Below, piece after piece: positions 18,252 through 27,517 of a stretch of DNA of 44,413 nt. Source of the stretch: a virus (Duplodnaviria > Caudoviricetes); the IMG/VR virus record IMGVR_UViG_3300032212_000032, positions 1 to 44,413 of that record. The stretch is one strand, 5' to 3'. The notes beneath the pieces were generated by a model. It did no database searches. It was not told where the DNA came from and saw only the letters and a list, made by a program, of their open reading frames with translations. The position numbers and the translations under genes are program-made. Within the stretch, counting starts at the first letter, position 1, and each line of letters begins with the position of its first letter.

Positions 18252-18719
18252 ATGACTTATTATAATGATGCACAAGGAAGCACTTTCACTTTTTATAAAG
18301 AAGGGTTTGTTGAAAGAGAACTCCCTCTTAAAGATGATGGAACAGTTTTACCTAATCATAAAAACCTACATTTACTTGTAGGTGAGGGTAAGTACTATAA
18401 AACTACTCCCGATGTTAATGGAAAGTATCAACCTGATACAGTTAAGAATAATGCAGATGCACAAGCTCAAACAGATGCACAGGCTAAAATAGACCGAAAA
18501 CAAGCTATGCTCACAGGCATGGACTACAACGGAACTATGGTATCATTAACTAAAGATGATGGTAACGGAGTTCAGCAGATAAAGACAGCGTTTGAGTTGG
18601 GGATGCCAACAGTAACACTACATTGTGAAAATGGTAATAAAGTTCCATTTGCAAGTCAAGCTGAGTTTATGGCATTTTTATCTTGGTTTGCAGTAGAGAG
18701 AGGAAAATTTTATGTTTGA
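18252..18719 (+). CDS. Tail-fibre-associated protein (DUF4376-like chaperone)
   Basis: Follows the fibre gene; AK..R...M..G..YNG pattern. Confidence 0.55.
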   Translation: MTYYNDAQGSTFTFYKEGFVERELPLKDDGTVLPNHKNLHLLVGEGKYYKTTPDVNGKYQPDTVKNNADAQAQTDAQAKIDRKQAMLTGMDYNGTMVSLTKDDGNGVQQIKTAFELGMPTVTLHCENGNKVPFASQAEFMAFLSWFAVERGKFYV

Positions 18720-19203
18720 TATATTAGATTTCGTATTAGATAATAAACTTCTATCAATAGGCATATTCCTATGGGTAGGGCTAAGTATAGCAGTTGTCGT
18801 AACAGACTACAGAAACAAGACTTTAGGATTTAGAATAATTCCTAAAATACTATTTTTGCCTATCGGGTTCTCATTCTTGATTACAGTATCTCTTTTTATC
18901 ATGCCTTTATTATACGGTAAAAATCGTATGGGATACCCTGCATTTATTATCATGTGGATAGTGTATTTAATTATGTCTATTATATTCTTTTGGAATAAAC
19001 AAATAAGAGGTAATTTGCATCTACTAAACAAAGTTGGTAATACCTTCATGGGGTACGATGGCTTCAATACTACATCAAGTGAATTAGGCGATAGAATAGA
19101 TGATAATGAAGCATCATTGGTAAGCTGTTTGCATTGTAGAATATTGGCGGTTTATGACCGAAGAAAGTGGCATTGTAGCAAGAAAGCTTGGAGGTTATTC
19201 TAA
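18712..19203 (+). CDS. Multi-pass membrane protein
   Basis: Three hydrophobic segments; C-terminal GN....G....T.SS.LG...C..L...D..HC. Confidence 0.65.
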   Translation: MFDILDFVLDNKLLSIGIFLWVGLSIAVVVTDYRNKTLGFRIIPKILFLPIGFSFLITVSLFIMPLLYGKNRMGYPAFIIMWIVYLIMSIIFFWNKQIRGNLHLLNKVGNTFMGYDGFNTTSSELGDRIDDNEASLVSCLHCRILAVYDRRKWHCSKKAWRLF

Positions 19204-19427
19204 TGACTAAGCATCAAAAAGAGAAGCAGAGATTTATTGTTAAATGGCTATTAGTATCTCTACTAGTAATTCTAGTATTAACAGGTATTCTAGGCTCAAT
19301 CTATGGTCTTAAAGACTCTCATCTTTTACTAATGGTACTAGGTGAAATAGTTGTACTAACAGGGGTATTTTTTGGTTTTGATATGAGTACTAAAGTATCA
19401 ACAGATGAAAAAAACTTTGAAGGATAA
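19188..19427 (+). CDS. Putative holin, 2 TM (likely start MTKHQ)
   Basis: Two TM helices and charged termini, inside the lysis cassette. Confidence 0.55.
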   Translation: MEVILMTKHQKEKQRFIVKWLLVSLLVILVLTGILGSIYGLKDSHLLLMVLGEIVVLTGVFFGFDMSTKVSTDEKNFEG

Positions 19428-19429
19428 GC

Positions 19430-19774
19430 ATGACCACAGAAATATTAGGAGGTTCCCTAGCTTTAGCGTTAGCTACAGGCGCTTATTATAAGATAGATAA
19501 TGTGAACCTTGAGAAAGATATTATTGTTGCTAATAATACTATTAAAGAGCTTAAGGTAGATAAAGAAAACTTAAATAATTCTATTGAAGAGCAGAATAAC
19601 GCTATCACTAGTATACAAGTAGATATAGAAGCTAAAATGAATGAGTACCTAAAAAATACCCCAAAGATAGCTGAGAAGGTATTAAATAAGTATGTGAAAG
19701 ATGTAAATATAACACGAGGGAACTGTAATGATGCGAATGACCTTAATCGCTATCTTGACAATATTACTCTTTAG
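19430..19774 (+). CDS. Putative i-spanin (Rz-like)
   Basis: N-terminal TM plus coiled coil; overlaps the lipoprotein gene. Confidence 0.65.
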   Translation: MTTEILGGSLALALATGAYYKIDNVNLEKDIIVANNTIKELKVDKENLNNSIEEQNNAITSIQVDIEAKMNEYLKNTPKIAEKVLNKYVKDVNITRGNCNDANDLNRYLDNITL

Positions 19775-19967
19775 TGGGTGTGCTGAAAAGATAGTTTATA
19801 AAGATAAAATTATCAAAGTTAAAGTACCGGTAAAATGTGAAACTCCTGTAGTTAAGTGTAAGCTTAAAAAGGGGGCTAACCTAGTTGAGCGATTAGCTGA
19901 ATTACTAGGCTGTGTTGAATTATATAAAGAAGCGAACAAAGTATGCTCTAATACAAAAACAAATTAA
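19728..19967 (+). CDS. Putative o-spanin lipoprotein (Rz1-like)
   Basis: Signal peptide with LLFSGC lipobox and a VKVPVKC motif. Confidence 0.7.
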   Translation: MMRMTLIAILTILLFSGCAEKIVYKDKIIKVKVPVKCETPVVKCKLKKGANLVERLAELLGCVELYKEANKVCSNTKTN

Positions 19968-19983
19968 ATACAAGGAACTAATA

Positions 19984-20253
19984 ATGTCACCAGATGATTT
20001 AGAAAATCTAGCTATTAAAAATACTCAGTCTATAAGTACGCTAACAGAAATTGCTAAGAATACTTCAAAAGATGTTGATAAACTTGTGAAGCATATGGAT
20101 GCAGTTTTACCTGTAGCAACAAGAGTGGATAATCTTAATGCTAGAGTTACTAGCTTAGAGACTAGTAGAACTTATGCTATTAGAACATTATTTGGATTAT
20201 TAGTCTCTGGTATTTGTTATGCAATAGTAGAACTTATTAAGGTATGGCCATGA
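19984..20253 (+). CDS. Coiled-coil protein with C-terminal TM (XhlA/holin-like)
   Basis: AAGGA RBS before MSPDD; RVTSLE followed by a TM helix. Confidence 0.6.
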   Translation: MSPDDLENLAIKNTQSISTLTEIAKNTSKDVDKLVKHMDAVLPVATRVDNLNARVTSLETSRTYAIRTLFGLLVSGICYAIVELIKVWP

Positions 20254-20633
20254 AAGATTATTTTTTAACTAACGGTATCGATGAATTAGCATGTAAGTGT
20301 GGTAATAAAGATTGTACTTTAACTATTAGGCCCTCAACAAGAAAGAAACTATTAGCTGTGCGATATATTGTAGGCTTTCCTATGCATGTATCAGGTGCAA
20401 GATGTAATAGACACCCAGAATACTCTAGTGTTACTTCATCTCATGGTGACTGCAGAAAGACTGGCGGTACTTTACCTTGTGCAATTGATATTTTAAATAA
20501 AGGTAAAAGCCAAAAGAAGAAGATATTAGAGGCTGCGATTGAAGCAGGTTTCTTTAGATATGGCCTAGGTGAAAATCAGCTTCATATTGATGATGATGAA
20601 ACTAAGAATAAAACTTACTGGATATACTCATGA
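20244..20633 (+). CDS. Endolysin, peptidase M15 family
   Basis: ELACKCG, SGARC..H, SSH...AID and HID zinc-peptidase motifs. Confidence 0.85.
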   Translation: MAMKDYFLTNGIDELACKCGNKDCTLTIRPSTRKKLLAVRYIVGFPMHVSGARCNRHPEYSSVTSSHGDCRKTGGTLPCAIDILNKGKSQKKKILEAAIEAGFFRYGLGENQLHIDDDETKNKTYWIYS

Positions 20634-22675
20634 AAATTAATACATTTAATGGAGGCTTAAACCTTCGACATGACTCATCATTATTACAACCAAATGAAGG
20701 CCAAGTAGTAAGTAACGTAGATTTATCTTCTGGTGGCTTAGTACCTGTTAAAGATAAGACTTTAGTTACTGGCCAGCCTGTTACTCCGTATTTAAAATAT
20801 TTTGAGGCTATTAATACTTGGCAATCTTCTGACATAGAAGCAAGTTTTGTTGAATACCGTAATAAGCTATATATAGCTAAATATGATGAAGTAACACCAA
20901 CCAGTATTATTGTTAATGATGGTACAGGTGAAGCAGGTGTAGGCCTAGTTGCGCCAGATTTAGTAGAAGTGGATTCCACAACACAAGAGCCAATTGAACT
21001 TGTTAAAAATGGTGATTTTTCTACTTATGCAATCTCTGGCTCAGTTTATAATCCAGATTATTGGACAAATGTTTTATCCTCTGGAACAACTTTATTTAAT
21101 TCTATTTGGAATGGTTTATTAACTATGAGGGCTACAGGAGGAGTCGCAGCCGGCCCAGACTTTAATTGTGCTCAGCATTGGCTTAGTGATTCTATGTCAT
21201 TTGTTCCTGGGCTAGCATACGAATTTAAAGTTAGTGCGGCAAAATCAGAGCCTTGGTCAACTGGTAGTTATGATATATTCCTTAGTCAAGATACTAGCGC
21301 CTTATGGCATGTCGTTACAGATATAGTCCCAGACTCACCCCATGATGGGAAGGCCCCAATTAGAACAGTTACTTTTACTCCTACAAGTTCGACTAATGCT
21401 TTAGATGTGCGTAGATATCATACACAATCTACTAGTGACTTTGGGGTAGAGGGGCGCTTAGATGATGTCTCTATTAAGTTAAAGTATATTCCGGAAATAG
21501 CATTTACTTATTATAACAGCCTTACTGGTGTAGAGTCTATACCAACTTTTGATGCTAGCGTCTATAATCAAACTACTAATACTATAAGTTGGTCTTTTAT
21601 AGCCTCTGCTCCAGCGGAGGCTACAGAGTTGCGTATTTATCATAGAGGTTATGCTACAGGTACATTTTCCTTAATAGCGTCAGTAGCTACAACTGCTACC
21701 TCATATATTATGCCTTTAACTGCAGATATTCCAGTAGATGGAAAAGTTTTAGATAGCTATAGTAATACAGTTTCACCAACCAATCTCAGATACTTAGCAG
21801 TAGCATATGCTAGATTATTTGCAGCTAAGGATACTAAGCTATATTTTAGTGAAATTGCAGATTTTGGATATTGGCCTGCTAATAACTTCTTAGAGATGGA
21901 TGATACTATTACAGGAATTGCTGCAGTCTATAGTGGTCTTATAGTTATGACACAATTTAGAATCTATATAGTAACAGGGACAACTGAAGCTAATTTTGCT
22001 ATTACGCAGATAAGCGGAACGATTGGTTGTGTGTCTCACTATAGTATTGCGTACTTAGATGGTAGCGCTATCTGGCTCTCTAATGAGGGTTTGATGATTA
22101 GTAATGGAGGAAGAATAGAAAACTTCTCCTATTCTAAATTAGGAGATATGCAAGAGTTTAGAGTAGGTGACACATTTCAACCTAGTTTTGGGCTTACTTA
22201 TAGAAATAAGTATTACTTAGCCTTTGCTAATACAGATGGCTATGGGGCTAATGCAATTCTTGTAGTTGATAAAACAGAAGGGATTAGCTTTTCAGTATTA
22301 ACTAGCTATGGGGAGTCTTTAGCATTAGCAGAAGGTGGGTTATACTCAGTACTAGGCACAGAATTATTTAAAGCATTTAATGGTACTGCTAAGGCTCTTG
22401 AGTATAAATCGGGGGCACTAGTTGATGGTTCTATCACTATAGTTAAATTGTATAACTCAGTATATGTATCTTATAGTGGTGATATTACTATTGAATTCTT
22501 TATAGACCAAGTATCTGTGCTAAGCCATAATTTATCTTCGGTAAATCGCACTACAGCGGAAATTAACCTGCCTGCAGGCAAGCAGAGAGGGTATGAGATT
22601 AGCTATAAGGTGACTGGTACAGGGTCAGTATATGAGCTAGAGTATAAAATAAAAGGGAGAGATAATGGCAAGTAA
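20630..22675 (+). CDS. Tail nozzle/stabilization protein (P22 gp10-like)
   Basis: F.GGLN N-terminus; LYFSE....WP, ITGI, GCVS..SI and WLS.EG beta-propeller motifs. Confidence 0.75.
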   Translation: MKINTFNGGLNLRHDSSLLQPNEGQVVSNVDLSSGGLVPVKDKTLVTGQPVTPYLKYFEAINTWQSSDIEASFVEYRNKLYIAKYDEVTPTSIIVNDGTGEAGVGLVAPDLVEVDSTTQEPIELVKNGDFSTYAISGSVYNPDYWTNVLSSGTTLFNSIWNGLLTMRATGGVAAGPDFNCAQHWLSDSMSFVPGLAYEFKVSAAKSEPWSTGSYDIFLSQDTSALWHVVTDIVPDSPHDGKAPIRTVTFTPTSSTNALDVRRYHTQSTSDFGVEGRLDDVSIKLKYIPEIAFTYYNSLTGVESIPTFDASVYNQTTNTISWSFIASAPAEATELRIYHRGYATGTFSLIASVATTATSYIMPLTADIPVDGKVLDSYSNTVSPTNLRYLAVAYARLFAAKDTKLYFSEIADFGYWPANNFLEMDDTITGIAAVYSGLIVMTQFRIYIVTGTTEANFAITQISGTIGCVSHYSIAYLDGSAIWLSNEGLMISNGGRIENFSYSKLGDMQEFRVGDTFQPSFGLTYRNKYYLAFANTDGYGANAILVVDKTEGISFSVLTSYGESLALAEGGLYSVLGTELFKAFNGTAKALEYKSGALVDGSITIVKLYNSVYVSYSGDITIEFFIDQVSVLSHNLSSVNRTTAEINLPAGKQRGYEISYKVTGTGSVYELEYKIKGRDNGK

Positions 22676-22790
22676 TATTCATATACCTACTGATTTATCG
22701 GACGAGATTATTGTATTCAATTTCTTTAAACAGTTACTAGCTATAATTGAAGAAATGCAAACTGAAATTGATAGTTTAAAGTCTGTTTAA
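22665..22790 (+). CDS. 41-aa hypothetical virion-module protein
   Basis: Manual translation MASNIHIPTDLSDEIIVFNFFKQLLAIIEEMQTEIDSLKSV; GGAG RBS. Confidence 0.6.
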   Translation: MASNIHIPTDLSDEIIVFNFFKQLLAIIEEMQTEIDSLKSV

Positions 22791-22807
22791 GATTATTTGG
22801 GTATAAT
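22786..22807 (+). promoter_or_regulatory. Promoter for the GNAT/ejection/portal operon
   Basis: TTTAAG-attatttggg-TATAAT. Confidence 0.6.
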
Positions 22808-22825
22808 ATACATAAAAAGGTTTTC

Positions 22826-23275
22826 ATGGTAATCACTAAAGAGCTGTTATCTCAAAGCCTTATAGAAGAGATGCTTAACTATTTTATTATCGCTTATAAA
22901 GATTACCCGGATTCTAAGGAATCTATCCTTAATCCTAACTGGGAAGCTTATAATGCATTTCAAGAAATAGGAGCTCTTTATATTTACACTGTAAGAGATG
23001 ATAAAAAATTAGTTGGTTATGCTTGGTATATTACAATGCCTAGCCTACATAGTAAGCATGATACCTATGCAGCAGCAGATACTCTATATCTAGATAAAGA
23101 TTATAGAGGGAAATTCTTAGGTATTAAATTATTTAAGTATGCTGAAGCAGACCTTAAGACTCATGGCATTAATAAGATTATTTATAGTCTTAAAACTTAT
23201 GATAACTGGGGTAGCCTTCTAGAAAGACTAGGATATGCTAATACAGAACTAACATACCAGAAAAGGATTACATAA
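22826..23275 (+). CDS. GNAT-family acetyltransferase
   Basis: LVGY, DTLYLDKDYRGKFLG (motif A) and LERLGY. Confidence 0.85.
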   Translation: MVITKELLSQSLIEEMLNYFIIAYKDYPDSKESILNPNWEAYNAFQEIGALYIYTVRDDKKLVGYAWYITMPSLHSKHDTYAAADTLYLDKDYRGKFLGIKLFKYAEADLKTHGINKIIYSLKTYDNWGSLLERLGYANTELTYQKRIT

Positions 23276-23979
23276 TGACCGGAGCAGCGATAGTAGGGGC
23301 AGGAGCCTCAATTTATGGTATAACACAAGCCCAAGAAGCGCAGGAAGCTGCAGTCGGGCAACAAGCGGCAGCTCTTCGCTCACAAGAGCGTATTGCTATG
23401 GAGCAAATGGCCTGGCAAAGAGAGCAGCAAGCGCAGTGGGATGATATTTATGGGCCTGTTGAAGCTAATCTTAGTGAGTACTATCAAAATCTCACCCCTG
23501 AAAGATTTGAGGCTATAGGTGTTCAAGCAACAGCGCAATCTTTTCAAGGATTACAAGAACAACTTAAAGAGCAATTAGCTCAGCGGGGTATCTCTGGCTC
23601 TGGGATTGAAGCTCAAGGTATTACTGACTTAACTATTGCTCAAGCTCAGCAGGAAGCAAGTGTTAGAGCAGGAGCAGAGCAACAAGTAGCACAGCAGCAA
23701 CAAGGATTTCTAAGCTTAGGCTTAGGACAAAGAGGACAACTTCAGCAAGGGATGCAGACCGCATTTAGTCAGCAACAACAAGTAGGTCAGCAACAATATG
23801 GTGCAGCAGCTGCTCAGTTACAGTATGCAAGAGGTAGTGAACAACAAGCCTGGGCTGGACTTGGTCAGGTGGCTAGCGCTTATGGCCAACATGTAGGAAT
23901 GCAGACAGGTCGACAAGCTCCAAGCCAAAGCTATTTAGATACAAATGCTTATCTTCAATCAATGCAAGGGAGAACATAA
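23275..23979 (+). CDS. Internal virion/DNA ejection protein (small, Gln/Ala-rich)
   Basis: GAAIVGAGASIYG N-terminus and LAQRGISGSG motif; follows the GNAT gene. Confidence 0.7.
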   Translation: MTGAAIVGAGASIYGITQAQEAQEAAVGQQAAALRSQERIAMEQMAWQREQQAQWDDIYGPVEANLSEYYQNLTPERFEAIGVQATAQSFQGLQEQLKEQLAQRGISGSGIEAQGITDLTIAQAQQEASVRAGAEQQVAQQQQGFLSLGLGQRGQLQQGMQTAFSQQQQVGQQQYGAAAAQLQYARGSEQQAWAGLGQVASAYGQHVGMQTGRQAPSQSYLDTNAYLQSMQGRT

Positions 23980-25676
23980 TGAATGCAGGTGGATTAGGCT
24001 CAGCTATAGCAGCCGGAATGACAGGAGTTCAACAAGGTGAAAGTAGAGCTATTGCTCGTGAGCGAGCACAAAAGCAGAACCAATTGCTAGAAACTCAAAT
24101 GCAACAAGCTCAATATCAACAGTCTTTACAAAAGTCTCCAGAGCAAATAGCTGAAGAGAATAAAGTATTAATGCAGCAGACTAAAGCGTTAAATGAAAAA
24201 CTTAGTCGTCAAGAAACTTACGGGGCATTTCAGAAATTTAATATTGATGGAAACACTGGACACTTAAATAGATTACTTAAGAATCCTAGTGTAAATCAAT
24301 CATTTAGTTCTCAAATTCCGCAATTTACAAATATTACTGCAGTTAGCGATATTAACTTAGCATCTGATGAAGACCAAGCGTTATTACGAAAGCATAATCT
24401 GGACCCAGAGGTAGTTAAGCAATTACAAGATACTAGAAGTCAAATGAAAAATATGACACCTGAGCAAATTAAAGCAGCAGGTTTAGACCCTGACCATGAA
24501 GGCTTTAATAGATTTGTAAAAGTTCAAGGTATGGATGAGGCTGGACAACCTAGCTATGAGCTAGTTGATATGTATGAAGTCTTTGCTAAAACTGGATATC
24601 TTTCTAGCTTAGATAGCCAGGCATTAGATATGCAGCTAAAACGCGCAAGTATTACCAAAGTTAAAACTGGCGGTAAAGGTGAAACTAAGTTTAGCTATAC
24701 TAAAGAACAGTATGAAGCTGCAGTGCCGGCAGATAAGAGAGCAGAATATAGTATGCTAGAATGGATAGATGACCAAAAACGTGCTACACAAGCTAAGGGC
24801 ATAAAAGCTAGTAAAGAGCAAGAAGCCGAAACCGGTACTCCAATTACACCGCAGTATGACGAAGCAGGGGCTGTGATTGAAGCATCTCCATTTGAAAAAG
24901 AAATGGCACAAGGTAGCTTAGAATTTAAAGAAGGCCTTTCTGAAACTGTTACACTTACTGGTAATAAAAAAGAAGCTGAGCAACGTTACCAACGTGCTAA
25001 GACTTTACAAGGAAAAGAAGCACCTACAACTGAAACTACAAACTACTTAACTAAACGTAGTTCTATGGTAAGTAGCTTTAAAATCTTACAAGATAAACTT
25101 AGTACATTAAAAATGGATAAGAACGCGTTTACTCGTGTTAAGAATGCAGTAGCGAAGTTTGCAGGAGCTGGTGCAACAGGTACTATTTCAGCCGATGACT
25201 TAGCTAAGTTTAAGAATGAACTTAGCTTTAATGCCGAGTTAAAAGTAGTTATGGCACAATTTGTTAAAGATATGTCAGGTGCTGCTGTAACAGAGCAAGA
25301 ACGAGCTATGTATTCAAATATTATTGAAGGTGGTGCTTGGTCAACTAAGGAAGCAATGGTGGCTTCAATTTCAGGGTTTACTGAAGGATTAACAAGTCAC
25401 TATGAGAATACCTTAGACGGTATTAAAACTGAATACCCTAGAACTTTTATTGAACAACGTAGAAATTATTTACGTAATCAGCAGAAGTATGAGAAGGTAA
25501 CAGGCGTTAAGCAAACCAGGAAAGAGCCTTCACATATTCAAGAGACTAAGGCAGAATCAGCTAAAGTAGAAACATTTGAGAGTTATGCTAGTGAATTACA
25601 AAAGATGGGTGTAACACCTCATAATATCACGAAAGAGCAAAGAGATAAATTACAGAGTCTTAAAGGAGTTAAATAA
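23979..25676 (+). CDS. Internal virion/DNA ejection protein
   Basis: Gly-rich start, helical, SGAAVTEQE motif typical of ejection proteins. Confidence 0.65.
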   Translation: MNAGGLGSAIAAGMTGVQQGESRAIARERAQKQNQLLETQMQQAQYQQSLQKSPEQIAEENKVLMQQTKALNEKLSRQETYGAFQKFNIDGNTGHLNRLLKNPSVNQSFSSQIPQFTNITAVSDINLASDEDQALLRKHNLDPEVVKQLQDTRSQMKNMTPEQIKAAGLDPDHEGFNRFVKVQGMDEAGQPSYELVDMYEVFAKTGYLSSLDSQALDMQLKRASITKVKTGGKGETKFSYTKEQYEAAVPADKRAEYSMLEWIDDQKRATQAKGIKASKEQEAETGTPITPQYDEAGAVIEASPFEKEMAQGSLEFKEGLSETVTLTGNKKEAEQRYQRAKTLQGKEAPTTETTNYLTKRSSMVSSFKILQDKLSTLKMDKNAFTRVKNAVAKFAGAGATGTISADDLAKFKNELSFNAELKVVMAQFVKDMSGAAVTEQERAMYSNIIEGGAWSTKEAMVASISGFTEGLTSHYENTLDGIKTEYPRTFIEQRRNYLRNQQKYEKVTGVKQTRKEPSHIQETKAESAKVETFESYASELQKMGVTPHNITKEQRDKLQSLKGVK

Positions 25677-27517
25677 TGAAAACAGATTTAGAAACATTAA
25701 AAGATTCCTTTAAGCTAGGGTATGAAACTTTTGAGGACTCTAGAAAAGAGGCCGCAAAAGTATTAGATTATTACCATAATCGACAATATAATACTCAGCA
25801 AAAAGCTATTTTGGAAAATAGAGGACAACCAGCGGAGACTTTTAATGTTGTTAAACTATTTGGTAGAATGGTTCAAGGCTATTATTCAACAGTTATTAAT
25901 AATATTAAAGTGGACCCAGTTCAGTACAGTGATATTACTACAGCTAGCTTACTTAATGACATGGTTTCGCAAACACTACGAACTAATCACTTTGATAATA
26001 CTGGTGATGAGATTAAGCTCGATGGTGTATTATCTGGGTTAATGGTTAGCTATATAGATGTCCAAGAGTCAGGTACAACGGACTATTTTGGTAGACCTCA
26101 TAGAAAGATAATCTTAGAGCAGGTTCACCCAGAAGAAGTAGTTCTAGACCCTATGAGTAATAAAGCTGATTATAGCGACGCTAGATTTATCCATAGATTT
26201 AAATGGCTTACTAAAGACCAAATAAATGACTTGTTTGGGGATACTGAGAAAGTTGACCTTTTAGAAAGCCATAATAATCATTTATCTATTGATGAAGCTG
26301 AATTTGCTAGTAAGTATAATATTCAATTTAGTGGACACTTTAAAGTCTTTGATAACTATTTAATAGTCCATACTATTATTAAAGATGATGAAGGTAAGTC
26401 GTGGAGTATCTTTTGGTCTGGCGATGTAGAGCTTATGAGAACAGAAGTAACTCATAAAGAAGTTAAGAATCCTTACCGTGTACAGAAGATGCACATATCT
26501 AATAAAGCTGAATATTATGGTATGATGCGTGAAGTCTTACCTACCCAAGATGCTATTAACCAAGCTTTGCTTAAGATTCAACTTATGGCTAACTCACAGA
26601 AAGCTATTGTGGAAACTAGCGCAGTGGAGGATATTGATGAGTTCACAGATGCTTTCAATAGAGTTAATGCTGTTATTGAAGTAAACTCTTTAAATGGTGT
26701 TAGAATTGAGAACCTTACAAGAGAAGTTCTAGACCAGTACACTATTATCGATAAAGCCTTCGACCGTATTCAACGAGTCCTAGGCATCAACGATAGCTTC
26801 CTAGGTATGGCGTTTGCCTCTGACAGTGGTAGAAAAGTCAAGCTACAGCAGAATTCAACCATTGTTGCACTTAGATATGTAACCGGTAAATTTGAGCAGT
26901 TCTATAGATTATTAGGCTGGGATATAGTTAATCTTATTAAACAGTACTATACAGCTAATCAAGTGATTAGAATAGTTGATGAAACTATCGGGGAGCGGTG
27001 GATTGAGATAAATAGACCAGAATTACAATGGTCTGGCGAATATAATATTACTACAGGTGAACCTATTATGGTTCCAGTCATGGAAGAAATTCTAGACCCA
27101 GCAACTAATGAGCCTATGCAAGCAGAAGACGGTAGTTTTATAATTGCTCCAGTACCTACAGAAGATACTGAAATAGCTTTTACAAATGTAGATATTACAA
27201 TGACTGCTACAGCATATAATGATGAAGATGAGAAAAATCAGCTGATGATTGAAACTATGCTATCTGGAACTATTGGTCAGATGCTTAGCCGAGCTAATCC
27301 AGCAGGTTTCTTTAATGCTGCAAGTATGAGTATTAAATCTATGAAGACTAAGCATAGTCCAGAAATAGCTGTAATTCTAGAACAGACAGCACAAATGCTA
27401 AGTCCAGAGATGCAACAAGCAATGGGTCAAGGAGCCTTACCAGGCCAGCAAGGTGGTAACCAGAGCCCTAAAAGCTCTGAACTAAAGTTACCTCAAAATA
27501 CAAATGAGGGAGCATAA
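25676..27517 (+). CDS. Portal protein (P22-like)
   Basis: YY..RQY....L..RGQP..TFN, DP.S...DYSDARFI, YGM.R.....QD.IN and SG.......Q motifs. Confidence 0.85.
   Translation: MKTDLETLKDSFKLGYETFEDSRKEAAKVLDYYHNRQYNTQQKAILENRGQPAETFNVVKLFGRMVQGYYSTVINNIKVDPVQYSDITTASLLNDMVSQTLRTNHFDNTGDEIKLDGVLSGLMVSYIDVQESGTTDYFGRPHRKIILEQVHPEEVVLDPMSNKADYSDARFIHRFKWLTKDQINDLFGDTEKVDLLESHNNHLSIDEAEFASKYNIQFSGHFKVFDNYLIVHTIIKDDEGKSWSIFWSGDVELMRTEVTHKEVKNPYRVQKMHISNKAEYYGMMREVLPTQDAINQALLKIQLMANSQKAIVETSAVEDIDEFTDAFNRVNAVIEVNSLNGVRIENLTREVLDQYTIIDKAFDRIQRVLGINDSFLGMAFASDSGRKVKLQQNSTIVALRYVTGKFEQFYRLLGWDIVNLIKQYYTANQVIRIVDETIGERWIEINRPELQWSGEYNITTGEPIMVPVMEEILDPATNEPMQAEDGSFIIAPVPTEDTEIAFTNVDITMTATAYNDEDEKNQLMIETMLSGTIGQMLSRANPAGFFNAASMSIKSMKTKHSPEIAVILEQTAQMLSPEMQQAMGQGALPGQQGGNQSPKSSELKLPQNTNEGA

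Noticed and set aside
14178-20979. Antisense ORFs inside structural genes, and similar + strand ORFs inside replication genes
   Set aside because: Opposite-strand shadows of well-supported genes, with no RBS or recognisable motifs.
22826-23275. GNAT as a toxin or DNA-modification enzyme
   Set aside because: Its position just before the ejection proteins matches the common podovirus virion-assembly GNAT (T7 gp13-like).
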